64,000 nucleotides of DNA from Octopus sinensis (lineage: Eukaryota), in NCBI RefSeq assembly GCF_006345805.1, contig NC_043001.1, forward strand, positions 130,696,001-130,760,000, read 5' to 3'. The notes beneath the pieces were generated by a model. The model worked only from the letters and a program-made list of their open reading frames with translations. It was not told the DNA's origin and searched no databases. Within the stretch, counting starts at the first letter, position 1, and the number at the start of each line of letters is the position of its first letter. The translations under genes were made by a program, and so were the position numbers. Below are positions 26,436-40,446 of this stretch, in pieces.

Positions 26436-26851
26436 AAAAGGAGTAAAAGAACCGAGAATAGCCCTTGTGTGCAACATTTCAGAACTACTGACAAAGAGGC
26501 TTCCTTGGTGATTCAGCCCTGAAAGGCTCCTTTCTTAAGGGTACCTATATCGGTCTAGTTTTATGTCACTTGATTAATGAGAGGTAAAAATCTAGATATT
26601 TAATGCATTCCATCACTGATGAAATTCTATGACAACCTGAGACCAGCTTGTAGCATTGAAGTAAACAGAAGAAAAACAAACAAAATGAATTCTCCCATTA
26701 ACAAAGCACAAAAATCTTCGGTAGATTTGGACTCAATACCTGCAAATAGGTATTGCAATATCTGATCCATCAAGTCAATTGTTTTTTGAAGATTTTTTCC
26801 ATCTTTAGCCATATGAGTATTTATTGCTGACTTTAAAATAATACATTTATA

Positions 26852-27199
26852 GAAGGCAGTGAGCTGGCAGAAACGTTAGCACGCCCGGCGGCAAAATGCA
26901 TAGCCGTATTTCGTCTGCCGTTACGTTCTGAGTTCAAATTCCGCCGAGGTCGACTTTGCCTTTCATCCTTTCGGGGTCGATAAATAAAGTACCAGTTATG
27001 CACTGGGGTCGATGTAATCGACTTAATCTGTTTGTCTGTCTTTCTTTGTCCTGTCTGTGTTTAGCCCCTTTCATCCTTTCGGGGTCGATAAATAAAGTAC
27101 CAGTTACGCACTGGGGTGTCGATGTAATCGACTTAATCCCTTTGTCTGTCCTTGTTTGTCCCCTTTAATGTTTAGCCCCTTGTGGGCAGTAAAGAAATA
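26852..27199 (+). mobile_element. SINE family B with internal tandem duplication and 12-bp TSD
   Basis: aatacatttata 26840-26851 and 27200-27211; segment cctttcatcctttcgggg...ttagcc repeated. Confidence 0.85.
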
Positions 27200-27524
27200 A
27201 ATACATTTATAATGACACAAAGTTACCAAGTGAAACTACAAAATATTTCTTCCCCTGCTTGTGTCCACTACTGTAAGAATCACGGCACATTTCAATCCAA
27301 CACTGCATTCATGGAGTGGGATAAGATATGAAGCAATTACATTTAGATATTAAAGATTTTCTTAGAAATTCTAATTTCTTCCTGTTACTTTATTCCGTCT
27401 ATCTTTCTCTCTCATCTCTCTTTCTCTTGACATGCCACAAACACACACAAATACATAAACAGATATTATCCCCTTCTCTCTTTTCTTCCTCAATTTTCTT
27501 TACATTCTACACATGCGCACATGT

Positions 27525-27584
<60 letters not shown>

Positions 27585-28473
27585 ATACTCACACACATGC
27601 ATTACTTCTGTCTTTCGGCCTCTCCCTCGTCTCTCTTTCAATTATAATTTCCCCAGTGAAACCTAATTTATGATGATGAAGAAATGACTCTAGTCTTTAA
27701 TTAGGGATTTTCATCAGCTGGAGTCAGCGCATAAGTAGAGGGCTCTGACCCTAGCGTACATCCTTTTATAAGGTTATCATCAGGCATAATAGTCAAACCT
27801 GATCCTGATCATGATGATAATGATAATGACTACTACCGCCGCCGCCAACACCACCACCACCACCAACACCACACCACTACCACCACCACTAAACTACCAT
27901 CACCACCAAACCACTACCACCAATCCATCAGCATCATCACCATCACCATCATCAACAACAATGGCACTGTCAACTCTCTGTTGATCTTTATGATCATATG
28001 CCTTGATGCAGTCACTTTAAAATCTATAATTTCACCTATCCTCCATCTTTCTGAAGAAAGCTCACAAGGGCCGAGAAAGGGTAGACCCATGTTCTGATGA
28101 CCATCTGAAGCCTAATCACAGGATCAAATCTAGCTGTAGGCCTTCTGTAGTACGTTTTAGCTAAGACGTATTACTCTATGTCTCAATTATGCAGAACAAT
28201 TGAAATTTAGTTCAGCACAGTCTATGGAACATTGTTATTGTTGTTGTTGATGTTGCCATTGTTGTTTAGCCCCTGGTCTGCTTTGATTGAGCATACCTAT
28301 GAGCAAAATCATTCCAGCCATAACAGTCCCAGTGTTTTTAGAAGGATGACTGAGACTACATTAAATATTTATCGATTGATAACTTTGGCTGATTTAATCA
28401 ACCAATCACCTATCTACTAATTTCAAATCTCATGTCTATATACACTCTTATAGGTAGAACATTATACCCATTT

Positions 28474-28860
28474 AGGCGAAATGACCCAGTGGTTAGGGCA
28501 GTGGACTCGCGGTCATAGGATCGCGGTTTCAATTCCCAGACCGGGCATTGTGAGTGTTTATTGAGCGAAAACACCTAAAGCTTCACAAGGCTCCTGCAGG
28601 GGGTGGTGGCGAACCCTGCTGTACTCTTTCACCACAACTTTCTCTCACTCTTACTTCCTGTTTCTGTTGTACCTGTATTTCAAAGGGCCGGCCTTGTCAC
28701 TCTCTGTGTCACGCTGAATATCCCCGAGAACTACGTCAAGGGCGCACGTGTCTGTAGAGTGCTCAGCCACTTACACGTTAATTTCACGAGCAGGCTGTTC
28801 CGTTGATCGGATCAACCGGAACCCTCATCGTCGTAACCGACGGAGTGCTTCCATCCATCC
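28474..28860 (+). mobile_element. SINE family D with TSD
   Basis: tRNA-like head (gacccagtgg...gtttcaattccc); TSD atacccattt 28464-28473 and 28861-28870. Confidence 0.85.
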
Positions 28861-30077
28861 ATACCCATTTATAGGTGGCACATTAGTAAAACCAGATATA
28901 ATGTCTTGTGGTATTTGTTCCAACTATCTGTGTTTCGAGTTCAAATTCTGCTGAAGTCATCTTTGCTTTCCATTCTTTCAAGGTTGATAACAAAAAGTAC
29001 CAATCCACGATAGGTGGATTGGTGAAACTGCAAGAACGTTGGATTGGATGCCATGTGGTATTTGTTCCAGTTCTTTGCATTCTACATTCAAATCTTGCCC
29101 AGGACTAATTGGGTGGTATACTGAAGCCATCTTCCAGTTTAACACCACCATATGGTACCTTGAATGCCTTTAGCAATGCCTGCTCTGTTACGAACATGTG
29201 GACCAGGTCTCTAATTTGAGCATACTTCTTCCCCCTTTTCTACCAGTCTTTGAGGCTTTGTAAAGAGTCATAGGCACTAGCTTTCCTCCTGAGTAAAAGA
29301 TATGAAAGAAATTTTCTTCTAAGAGCACCTCTACTCATATGACACAAAATTGTCCAAGTGTTTATTTTTAAATGAAAACTTTTTATAATTAATTTGTCTC
29401 TAGTTGTTGAGATTCTAATGAATGACAAAATAGTGCTATACATGGATATTAATGACTAGAAGCTTCAAAAACGTTATGTGGGCAAAAAAAAAAAATAATA
29501 ATAATAAAGAATGTCCTCTGTACATTCTGTACTCTTTGATGTAAATTCCAAATTTTCAATTCAACCTCCACTTTATTTAATCTGGAGATGATTGCCCTCT
29601 CTATAATACTTAACCACCATGAGCATGTTTTCCACCATGTTTCTTTAATTTCATTTTATGTAAAGTTGTTTCAAATATCAGCTTAATAATGGAAGATTTA
29701 GTAATTCTACTTAGAATGCTCTGTATCCTGGAGTACTTTCAAAATTAATTGAAATACACAAACAGTTGATCTAATTAGAAATATGGTCACATAAAAAGTT
29801 AATACACATTAGCCATTGGATTACTACATCAGTTTTGTAACAGCCATCAAAATATATGTTACAATAGTTATATAACAGAATGAAAGCTGTCATGAGGCAT
29901 ATACGGATGAGCAAGTAATAATAGTTGTTATTGTTGTTCAGTCCTGATTAAGCAGACTAGTATCAAAAGTATTTTAGTCATGACCATGCTATGAGATGAA
30001 TTCCAGAAGTTTGGAGACATTTTTTGGAGACATTTTTTAAGAGAGGGCAATTATAACTGTTCTAGATTATTGTAATT

Positions 30078-30399
30078 TTAGTGGCTGTGTGGTAAGTAGC
30101 TTGCTTACCAACCACATGGTTCCGGGTTCAGTCCTACTGGGTGGCACCTTGGGAGAGTGTCTTCTACTATAGCCTCGGGCTGACCAAAGCCTTGTGAGTG
30201 GATTTGGTAGATGGAAACTGAAAGAAGCCCGTCGTATATATGTATATGTATATATATATATGTGTGTGTGTTTGTATGTCTGTGTTTGTTCCCCTAACAC
30301 CGCCTGACAACCGATGCTGGTGTGTTTACGTCCCCGTAACTTAGCAGTTCGGCAAAGAGACCGATAGAATAAGTACTAGGCTTACAAAGAATAAGTCCT
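30078..30399 (+). mobile_element. SINE family A, 3' truncated
   Basis: Matches A consensus to aataagtcc. Confidence 0.8.
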
Positions 30400-30885
30400 A
30401 AATACAGCAGAATGGGCTCACCAGATATTTTCTTTCCATTGAGCCACATGATCCAGTGGCTTGTCAAACTAGTTGCATGCATTGGTCAGTTACTAACTGT
30501 CCAGTCACATGTTTGCAACAGTTTATTTTCAACATGGGAAAGACCACTTTGTCTCTGGAGCCTACCCAGGGTTATAAAAACCCTCGTGTTCTGCCTCACT
30601 TGGTCTTTGGGAGCAGCCATTGACCACACACCATGTCTCTTTGGACCAGTGTTGATGAACCAGAAATCCAGCCTGTCTCAAAGCTTTCTTCAACCAGCTT
30701 TCTCCGGTCTTCTTTGTTACCGCAACAGACAGCAGCTTACAGCCACATCAACAGATCCAGCAGAATTGAAATCATTTAAATCCTTGATCCAGACTGTAAT
30801 ATAATCATCATTCTCTTTTGGCAATCTCAGTTTTATAACAAGAGGAATAAACCGTCGCTTATTCAACTTATCCAAATCTTATTGT

Positions 30886-31300
30886 TTACTCTTTTACTCT
30901 TTTACTTGTTTCAGTCATTTGACTGCGGCCATGCTGGAGCACCGTCTTTTAATCGAGCAACTCAACCCCGGGACTTATTCTTTGTAAGCCCAGTACTTAT
31001 TCTATCGGTCTCTTTTGCCGAACTGCTAGGTTACAGGGACGTAAACACACCAGCATTGGTTATCAAGCAATGCTAGGGGGACAAACACAGACACACAAAC
31101 ACATACACACATACATATATATACATATACATATATACGACAGGCTTCTTTCAGTTTCCGTCTACCAAATCCACTCACAAGGCATTGGTTGGCCCGGGGC
31201 TATAGCAGAAGACACTTGCCCAAGATGCCACGCAGTGGGACTGAACCCGGAACCATGTGGCTGGTTAGCAAGCTACTTAGCACACAGCCACTCCTGCGCC
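30886..31300 (-). mobile_element. SINE family A
   Basis: Full-length match. Confidence 0.85.
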
Positions 31301-31369
31301 TACTTCTTTCCCCATTATATATCTAATAAACTGACTTGCTAACTGTTGTTATTCCAGACCAAAGGTTGT

Positions 31370-32420
31370 AAGAGCACTTTCAACACCTCTTACTAAATAC
31401 TGACTCATTTGCAGAATGCATTTGGGATGTGAAGACAATTTGGAAGTTCACTATGCAATAAAGCTTTGTATTAAACTGGGCAAAAATGTTACAGGATCTT
31501 ATGTAATGTTCTATGACTACTTATGGATTAACATTTTCACTGGCACAAGAAGTTTAAGGATGGTAGAGAGAGGAGGTGAAAGATGGTGAGAGATGTGTGA
31601 GGGAGGGAACATCAAAACATTAGAAAAGGTTGAGAAAATTCACATTTTCTGGATAAGCCTTGCGTGTCTATAAGGACAATAAGCATACAGTTTGGAGTTG
31701 GTGTGGCATTTGTGCACAGACTTACGAAGATCTGAACATGTGCAAAGTTTATTTTCAGGGTACTCAGTGATAACCAAGTACTTGACAGAGATGGGTATCA
31801 AAATTGTCTCTCACCCTCCCTACAGTCCAGACCTTGCTCTCTGTAACTTTTTGTTGTTCCCCAAGCTGAAGGAGAACTGCTGGGTGGTTATTTTAAAGAT
31901 GAAGGAGGCTGTGACAAGTGTCCTGGACACCTTCACTCTTAAAGATTTTCTTGGGATTTTCACATAGTGGCTGGAATATTACAACAAAGACCACCCCCTC
32001 CGGTCATGAATGACCATGGGATTGCACCTAGAAAGTTACCATCCAAAGCACAGGTCTGGACAGGGTTATTTTATGGAAGACCAGCAGTCACCCATGCATA
32101 CCAGTTTACTGTCTCTATGCCACTAATGTTACCCAAGGGAAAGGCAAAAGCCAATACAACTTGGTACCAATGGCATCACAGCTCATTTCTACTGCTGAGT
32201 GAAATAAAATGTCTTTCTCAAGAACACAACACACAGTTCAGTCTGGAATCGAACTCACTACTGCATGACTGTGAGTCCAATATTCTGACCACTATGCCTT
32301 ACAACAAGTGTATTGAATCCAGTGGATTCTACTTTGAAGAACATTACAGTTATGTACTTCTTTGAAATCGGTAAAAGTCTCTCCTGAAAAAGTTTCTACA
32401 GTTCTGAGATAGACCTTGTC
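31370..32420 (+). mobile_element. Decayed mariner (Tc1/mariner) transposase remnant interrupted by SINE C
   Basis: N-terminal YAIKLCIKLGK, HPPYSPDLA motif in ORF 31692-31967, C-terminal WLEYYNK|CIESSGFYFE split by SINE C with TSD ttacaacaa 31979-31987 and 32299-32307. Confidence 0.85.
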
Positions 32421-33035
32421 ACTTTCAAACCAGTCTAAGGCTACATAATTATAAATGTCCTCCTTTTTTTAAGACAGTAGGGTGGTACTTGAGGAAGATA
32501 TGACATCTATTTCTACAAACTTGAATGACCACTTAGAACCTCCCTTTCCAAGTTGGCTCTAACTTTTTTTCTTTTTCTTTTTTTTTTTTTTATTATTGCT
32601 ACCATTCTGGCTGGATGTGACTGAAACAAAGAACAATTTCTAACTGGAATAACTTAAACAAATCCTTATATATGATGTAAACATTAATCTATTATTAAAG
32701 TACAACAGTGGTCCAGTGGTCAGGGAAGAGTCAGAATTGAAGGGTAAGAATGAGGGACAGAAGAAAAGGGCAGGTAGGCTTGTAAAGATAGGTTAGATGG
32801 TGGAATTGATGGAGAGGGTAATCTTTTGCGAGCATGGCCAGAGAGAAGGGGAGAGAATAGTGGTGGATCAAGAGGTTGTGGGTGGGAGGGAAGGCAAAGG
32901 AAGACAAATAGGTCTATGTGTATGTATGTGTATATATTTATATATGCGTGAGTGCGTGTATGTATATGTGTGTGTGTATATATATAAATGAATGTGCATG
33001 TGTGTGCATACACACACACACATATATATATGTAC

Positions 33036-33459
33036 ATACTCTTTACTCTTTACTCTTTTACTTGTTTCAGTCATTTGACTGCGGCCATGCTGGAGCACCG
33101 CCTTTAGTCGAGCAAATCAACCCCGGGACTTATTCTTTGTAAGCCCAGTACTTATTCTATCTGTCTCTTTTGCCGAACCGCTAAGTGACGGGGACGTAAA
33201 CACACCAGCATCGGTTGTCAAGCAATGCTAGGGGGACAAACACAGACACACAAACACACACGCATACACATATACATATACATATATGTACATATATACG
33301 ACAGGCTTCTTTCAGTTTCCGTCTACCAAATCCACTCACAAGGCATTGGTCGGCCAGGGGCTATAGCAGAAGACACTTGCCCAAGATGCCACGCAGTGGG
33401 ACTGAACCCGGAACCATGTGGTTGGTTAGCAAGCTACTTACCATGCAGCCACTCCTGCG

Positions 33460-33461
<2 letters not shown>
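33036..33461 (-). mobile_element. SINE family A
   Basis: Full-length match. Confidence 0.85.
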
Positions 33462-33495
<34 letters not shown>

Positions 33496-33686
33496 GTGAA
33501 AAAGAGAAAGGGAGAGAAAGAAATAATGGAAGACAGAAAGGTACATAGCAATAGAACTAAAAGAGAGGAAGGGGCCAGAAAATGGAATCTGATCTGGAAG
33601 AATAACACAAGAAAGAGAAAGAGAGAGGAGAAAGACAGAGCATGTCTACATTAAATCAAGAAAGAAAAAGTGAGAGGGAGAGAGAG

Positions 33687-33730
<44 letters not shown>

Positions 33731-34264
33731 GAAGAAGAAAAAGAAAAACAAGGAGAAACAGGGATATATGATGAGGAGAGGACAAGTGTGATCCAAGAGA
33801 AAATGAAAAATAAGGAGAGATGAGAAGGGTTGTTAGCAATAGTAATTTCAAATATAAAGAAAGAAAGAAAGAAATTAAGAACTAAAGAGGGAGGGGGAAA
33901 GTGAGGGAGGCAAGAAGAAGAAAAAGAGTGTAATAAAGAAAGAGAAAGGTTCCAGAGAGAGAGGTGCAAGAAGAGAGAGAAAGAAAGATGTAGCAATCCA
34001 CTGATAGCAGAGAACAATGGAGGAGCATCATGAGGAAGGTGGTGGGTGTGAAAGAGGGATCTGCAAAGGAGCTGGTAGGTAACAGACATAAACAATAAAA
34101 ATAATAACAATGGCAATGACAATAGGCATCAGTGGTAACAACAAGGAAAAATGACTAATGTCCCTTGTTGAGGCCCAAGCAAGTTTTCTTGGGAATTGTC
34201 TCCTTCTTGACCTTTTATAAACTTGTGCAGCCACCAGCACCTCTCCCCCACACACACGCACCTC

Positions 34265-34660
34265 TCACTCACCACCACCACCACCACCACCATGATGACC
34301 ACAACCACCACCATCACCACCACCATAATGACCATCACCACCACCACCACCACCACCACCATGATGACCATCACCACCACCATGATGACCATCACCACCA
34401 CCACCACCACCACCACCATGATGACCATCACCACCACCACCACCATAATGACCATCACCACCACCACCACCACCACCACCACCACCACCACCACACCATA
34501 ATGACCATCATCACCACCACCACCACCACCACCACCATGATGACCATCACCACCACCACCATAATGACCATCACCACCACCACCACCACCACCACCACCA
34601 TAATGACCATCACCACCACCAGCACCACCACCACCACCACCACCACAACCACTGCCCTCC
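34265..34660. repeat. (CAC)n/(CAT)n compound repeat
   Basis: Direct. Confidence 0.95.
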
Positions 34661-35519
34661 CTCACCACCACTGCCAGCTGATCTGGCTACTCACCCTCCT
34701 AACCCCCACCCCCCTGCCCTGCTATCTAACACAAACACACTGTAGGTAGGAGAAGGAAGAAGGAATTATGCTGGGCCATGGGCAGACACAGGGGTAGGAA
34801 GGACATGTGGGGGAGGGGCTCACTTAGAAAGGGATAGACTACAAGAGCCCAAGATCCACAGAGAGGCTAATGTGTGTGTGTGTTGTGTGTGTATGTAAGT
34901 ATAAATCTCCTTTCTCTCTCTCTCACACTCTCCATGTATATATAAGTATATATGTAAGTATGCATACATTATATAAAAGTATCTATCTATATCTATATAT
35001 CTCTCTATATATATGCATATGTATGTATGTATGTATGTATGTATATCTATGTGTGTGTGTATATATATATATGTGTGTGTGGGTGTATATAGTGTGCATG
35101 TGTATATATATGTGTGTGTGTGTATATATATATGTATAGTGGTGTGTGTGTATATAGGCATATATATATATAATTATATATATTATATAATATATATATG
35201 CATATATATATATGCATATATATACATACATACATACATGTATATTCATGCACCCACACATACACACGCACACATGCACATATATATATATATATATACA
35301 TGTATACACATACAGAAAGCGAGAGAGATGAGTTTCATGAAAACTGAACAGAACAGAAAAGAGACAATTATTGAAGGGAAAAACGGGTGTGAACTTTAAT
35401 ACTCAGTCTGTTTACTGTCCAAAGTCCCATGTGACCAGAAACCAGAGAACAGATAGAGAGTATGAGAGAGAGAGAAAGAGAGAGAGGGAGAAAGATTGAA
35501 TAAAAAAAAAAGAGGGGGG

Positions 35520-35760
35520 GACCTGCTGGACGATAGCCAATCGGTACGCAGTTAAAGCAGAGAACAATGTAATCATGCTTTATCGTGTTACTTTGGTCAG
35601 CGGCCGTGAGTAAATGACCGTCTGAATATGAAATAAAGGCGGTGATGGAGTGTCTCAACTTGCACGCACAGTACCAAGCACAGCATACGCAATGTGCAGT
35701 GGGCAGCAATGGACAATACTCAGACACACGTAGTTGCATAGATAGACTGTTTAAACACAT
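35520..35760 (+). promoter_or_regulatory. CpG-retaining unique segment, possible promoter/first exon or conserved non-coding element
   Basis: About ten CpGs in 240 bp of non-repeat DNA; CCAAT at about 35537; ATG at 35575 and strong donor GTGAGT at 35606. Confidence 0.3.
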
Positions 35761-36089
35761 ATTTGGTTGAGATTACATAAAAGGCTATGGAACCCCCTCA
35801 AAAGAATCTGTCTATGTTTTACTGCCATAACGACAATCATTCATACAATTAAGAGAAGTTAGGCGGAGAAAGCCACAAAAGAAAAACTCTTTTCCAAATG
35901 TAGCTGTTCTTTGAACTAGAAAAATGTATTATTTTTGTGATTCGTTTACTAATACCCACCAATCTGACATAATATGGAATCTTTACAGTGACAATTACTG
36001 GAGAGATTCCTAAAAATTACTGTGGTTACTACTATTACAATGATTGTTAGGTTGGATCCAAGTTGGATTGAAGAAGAATATGATTGTTA

Positions 36090-36116
36090 GACAGATACGT
36101 GGGTAGATAGATAGAT

Positions 36117-36162
<46 letters not shown>

Positions 36163-36275
36163 CGATGGATGGATGGATGGATGGATGGATGGATGGATAG
36201 ATAAACAGATCGATGGATGGATGGATAGATAGATAGATAGATAGATGGATGGATGGATGGATGGATGGATGGATG

Positions 36276-36326
<51 letters not shown>

Positions 36327-36410
36327 GGATGGATATACAGACGGACAGATGGATGGACGGACGGACGGACAGAAGGAAGGAAGGAAGGAAAGAAGGAAGA
36401 CAGACAGATA
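36090..36410. repeat. (GATA)/(GGAT)/(GGAA) array
   Basis: Direct. Confidence 0.95.
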
Positions 36411-36779
36411 GACAAATAAGGAGAGTGGAGAGACAGATGAACAAAATGCCTTGCAATATTTTGTTCCATCTCTAAATTCTGAGTTCAAATTCCTGCCAAA
36501 TTTGATTTACATTTTCATCTTCCCAGGAAATATCTGTTATTTTCTGAAATTACATTAGAATTCCTTATTGCAATATTATAAATCCTTATTGTTTTTATTA
36601 TATTTATCATTGTGCTTCTCACAGTTTCTAAAAGCTGGTTTGATTTTGTTTTTTGAAGTCCCTCAATTCTGACACAGAAAACCTTTCACAGGATATAAAC
36701 AGTGTCTAATAAAGGCAGTTTTTTTTTGTTTTTGTTTTTGCTTTTGTTAAATGCCATATTGCATTTTAAGTTGGTCAAG

Positions 36780-39440
36780 GAATTGTAGCAGTTTTTAGGA
36801 TGGATCCCACTGCTCCTACCATTACAGGAATAACTTTAGCAATGGTGTATCACATTCTTTTTATTTCCACCCTTAACTTTGCATAGTTGGTAGGTAATCT
36901 TTTCAGCTTCTTTAGCTGCTACATTATGGTCACCTTGGACTGCTGTATCAATAATGAAAGTTTTGTAGGACTCTTCAGACCCCCAATATAATGTCCCGAC
37001 ATCTATGCTTGATCACTCTGCCTGTTTGTACATTGAAACCCCACAAAATTTTAGCAATGTTGTTCTCCATGAATTCACCCTGTTTTGTGTTCATACCATT
37101 TCCCATGTACTTCTGATTTATAGAACTCAGTGAATATACTGACTCACTTTGTCATTGTATGCTTTGTGGTGGAAGCACTCCGTCGGTTACGACGACGAGG
37201 GTTCGGGTTGATCCGAATCAACGGAACAGCCTGCTCATGAAATTAACGTGTAAGTGGCTGAGCACTCCACAGACACGTGTACACTTAACGTAGTTCTCGT
37301 GGATATTCAGTGTGACACAGAGAGTGACAAGGCCGGCCCTTTGAAATACAGGTACAACAGAAACAGGAAGTAAGAGTGAGAGAAAGTTGTGGTGAAAGAG
37401 TACAGCAGGGATCACCACCATCCCCTGCCGGAGCCTCGTAGAGCTTTTAGGTGTTTTCGCTCAATAAACACTCACAACGCCCGGTCTGGGAATCGAAACC
37501 GCGATCCTATGACTGTGAGTCCGCTGCCCTAACCACTGGGCCATTGCGCCTCCACTATGTATGCTTTGTATTCCATGTTGTGTAAGCATTTCCCTAACAA
37601 TGTGTGTCACATTCCCTAATCTTTCCTACACAAGCAGCTCTTAGCAATCTTGTAGACAGGGATCATCAAGGACTTGATCCTGAGATGCAATACAAAGAAT
37701 TTCCAGTTCCCTCTGTGGTTCATTTTCCCTTAACCATGTCCATCAATCATCAGTCTTCACAGTTTTAGTATTCTTTTCATTTTTAGTTTCCTTTGACCAA
37801 CAACTCTCTCTCTCTCTCTTTCTCTACTTAATCTTTATATGAATCATTGGCTTCAATTTCTTCCTCCTTCAAGTTGACTGACTCAGCAACGAATTGTAGC
37901 AAAACCTCATTGCTATTTACAAGATAAGAATTCGGCTTTTCTCTCTCTCTCTACAGCAACACCTTCCAATCAAGCCCTTGATGCTGTCCATGTACAGGTG
38001 TATCACATTTGCTTTCAGGCAGAGAAATTTGAATTTGTACAACAATTTCTATGTACAGTGGTCCATTTCATCAATTTCCTCTGGTGTCCAGTCAAGTATG
38101 GCTGTACTTTACATAGCAGCAAACAACAGCCCAGGTGTTTATAGCACACACAAATTTATGGGAACTAACCTGAATCTTCAAACCTTACCCAATCTATAAA
38201 TGTAGATCTTTTCAGCTCACTCTTTTGTCTCTCTAGACATTATATCATCAAACTCCAGTATACTTGGATACCTATATCCTGCTTCCTTAAGCTCAGCCAT
38301 TCTTTCTCCATTGGGTAATTCTATCCCGTTTACTATTCTCCAATTTTCCCCTTACCTTTGTGCATAGTGACAGTAGCACATTTTGTGATAATCATCACCA
38401 TCTGTATGTCTGTACTCACTACAAGAAAAGTTTGCACCAAGAATTGATCACATTTTTATTTTCAAAATAGTTTAAGTTCATCTCTAAAAAGCAGTATCAT
38501 TTTCCCAAGTGGTAATCTGCTCCTATCTTCTAAAGCATTCTGTTCAGAGGAATCAGGAACAGTGACAAAGAGCAAGGGAGAAAACAAGTCACCTTGAAAG
38601 ATGTCAAATTTGATGTCAAAACTGCCAAGTTCTCAACCATTGGAAAACAATGCAGTTCTCTAGTTTTCCATGCTTTCACTCATTAGTTTTTGTACACTCT
38701 CAGCAAACTTAAACATGTTCAGGGACTCCAAAATCCAGGAGTATGGTACCATACCATATATTTTTTGAAATCAACCCAGGCCATCAGCAAATTTGTCTTT
38801 CATTTTCCTGCAGTTCCTCAGAGACATTTTGTCAACTGTCAGGAGATCTTTTGTGCCCTGTGACCATTTTCTTCAGCCTTTCTGCTGGACAGGCAGTAAC
38901 TCATTCATTTCTAGGTGTATGTACATATTTTCAACATGCCTGGCCTCCGTGCCGGTGGCACGTAAAAAGCACCATCTGACCGTGGCCGTTGCCAGCCCCG
39001 TCTGGCAGCTGTGCCGGTGGCACGTAAAAGGCACCCACCACACTCACAGAGTGGTTGGCATTAGGAAGGGCATCCAGCCGTAGAAACATTGCCAGATCAG
39101 ACTGGGCCTGGTGCAGCCTTCTGGCTTCCCAGACCCCAGTTGAACCGTCCAACCCATGCTAGCATGGAAAGCAGACACTAAATGATGATGATGATGATGA
39201 TGATTCCTGTTAGAATTTTCCATATTAGTTAAAACATGTAATAAAATAGTAATTAATGGCCACAGGTTCCTTGCTTATGTCTTTCATGATAAGAGGCATT
39301 TGTCCAACCAGGTACTTCCCTATCAAAAGTGCATTGGTCCTGGTGAAAACACAACTTTCCTTGTATGCCCTTGAATTCTTTCACCCAGAAGCCTTGGATT
39401 CCATCAGGCCCTGATGTGCTTCAATTCAGTTGCCCTTAAA
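36780..39440 (-). mobile_element. Decayed R4/Dong-clade LINE (RT + restriction-like endonuclease), with nested SINE D and RTE-tail insertions
   Basis: Frameshifted peptides GPDGIQGFW, QGTKDLLTVDKM...MAWVDFKK, IFQGD..SPLLFV, ASQDQVL, KILWGFNVQTGRVIKH match typical R4/Dong motifs. Confidence 0.8.
37168..37557 (-). mobile_element. SINE family D inserted into R4/Dong LINE
   Basis: TSD tgtatgctttgt 37156-37167 and 37558-37569. Confidence 0.9.
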
Positions 39441-39464
39441 CCTGATTTTTCACCTCCTCTTTCA

Positions 39465-40265
39465 GTCATCTGACTGTGACCATGTTGGTTCACAACCTTA
39501 AAGGGCTTAAGTCAAAACAATTGACCATAGAATTCATTTTTTAAAGCCTAGTACTTATTCAATCAGCCTTTATTGCCAAACAGCTAAGTTACAGGGATGT
39601 AAACACACCAACACCAGTTGTGAAGTGGTGGTGGGGGGATAAAGAAACACACACACACTCACACACATATATATATATGACAGGCTTCTTTCAGTTTCTG
39701 TCTTCCAAATCCACTCACAAGGCTTTGGTCAGCCTGAGGCTATAGTAGAAAAAACTTGCCGAAGGTACCACACAGTGGAACTGAATCCAAAACCATGTAG
39801 TTGGGAAGCAAGCTTTTTACCACACAGCCATGCCTGCACCTAATGCTTACAATGTTAAACTATAATTTTTTGAAGTGGCTGTGTGGTAAGTAGCTTGCTT
39901 ACCAACCACATGGTTCCAGGTTCATTCCCACTGCGTGGCACCTTGGGCAAGTGTCTTTTACTATAGCTTCGGGCCGACCAAAGCCTTGTGAGTGGATTTG
40001 CTAGATGGAAACTGAAAGAAGCCCATCGTATATATGTATATATGTATGTGTATGTGTTTGTGTGTCTGTGTTTGTCCCCCAACATCGCTTGACGATCGAT
40101 GTTGGTATGTTTACGTCCCCGTTACCTAGCGGTTCGGCAAAAGAGACCAATAGAATAAGTACTAGGCTTCCAAAGAATAAGTCCTGGGGTCAATTTGTTT
40201 GACTAAAGGTGGTGCTCCAGCATGGCCACAGTCAAATGACTGAAACAAGTAAAAGAGTAAAGAGT
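39465..40265. mobile_element. Two divergent SINE A copies (39465-39840 minus; 39874-40265 plus)
   Basis: Both match A consensus, head-to-head. Confidence 0.8.
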
Positions 40266-40446
40266 AATTGAGCCACTGCGAAGGAAGTGTCTTGGCCAGA
40301 ACCTGGAATAGTGAAATGAAAACTATCAACTTGTCAAATAGTATGCAGGCACTCAGTCTGTTACATCCATCTATCATGAGTAATCTAGAATAGTCAGAAA
40401 TTTCAATTTCAAGCAGGAGAAATAGCTATAACATATTTTATAGTGA

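Noticed and set aside
28474-28550. tRNA genes (also 14019, 37480, 46720, 48581)
   Set aside because: A/B boxes are present but run into repeat bodies with TSDs and lack full cloverleafs; these are SINE heads
30412-30804. 130-aa plus ORF in unique DNA
   Set aside because: No recognisable domain; the antisense frames look equally protein-like, so it cannot be called
34129-34749. 194-aa His-rich / 180-aa Gly-Val-rich ORFs
   Set aside because: Compound (CAC)n repeat open in several frames on both strands, with no splice or homology support
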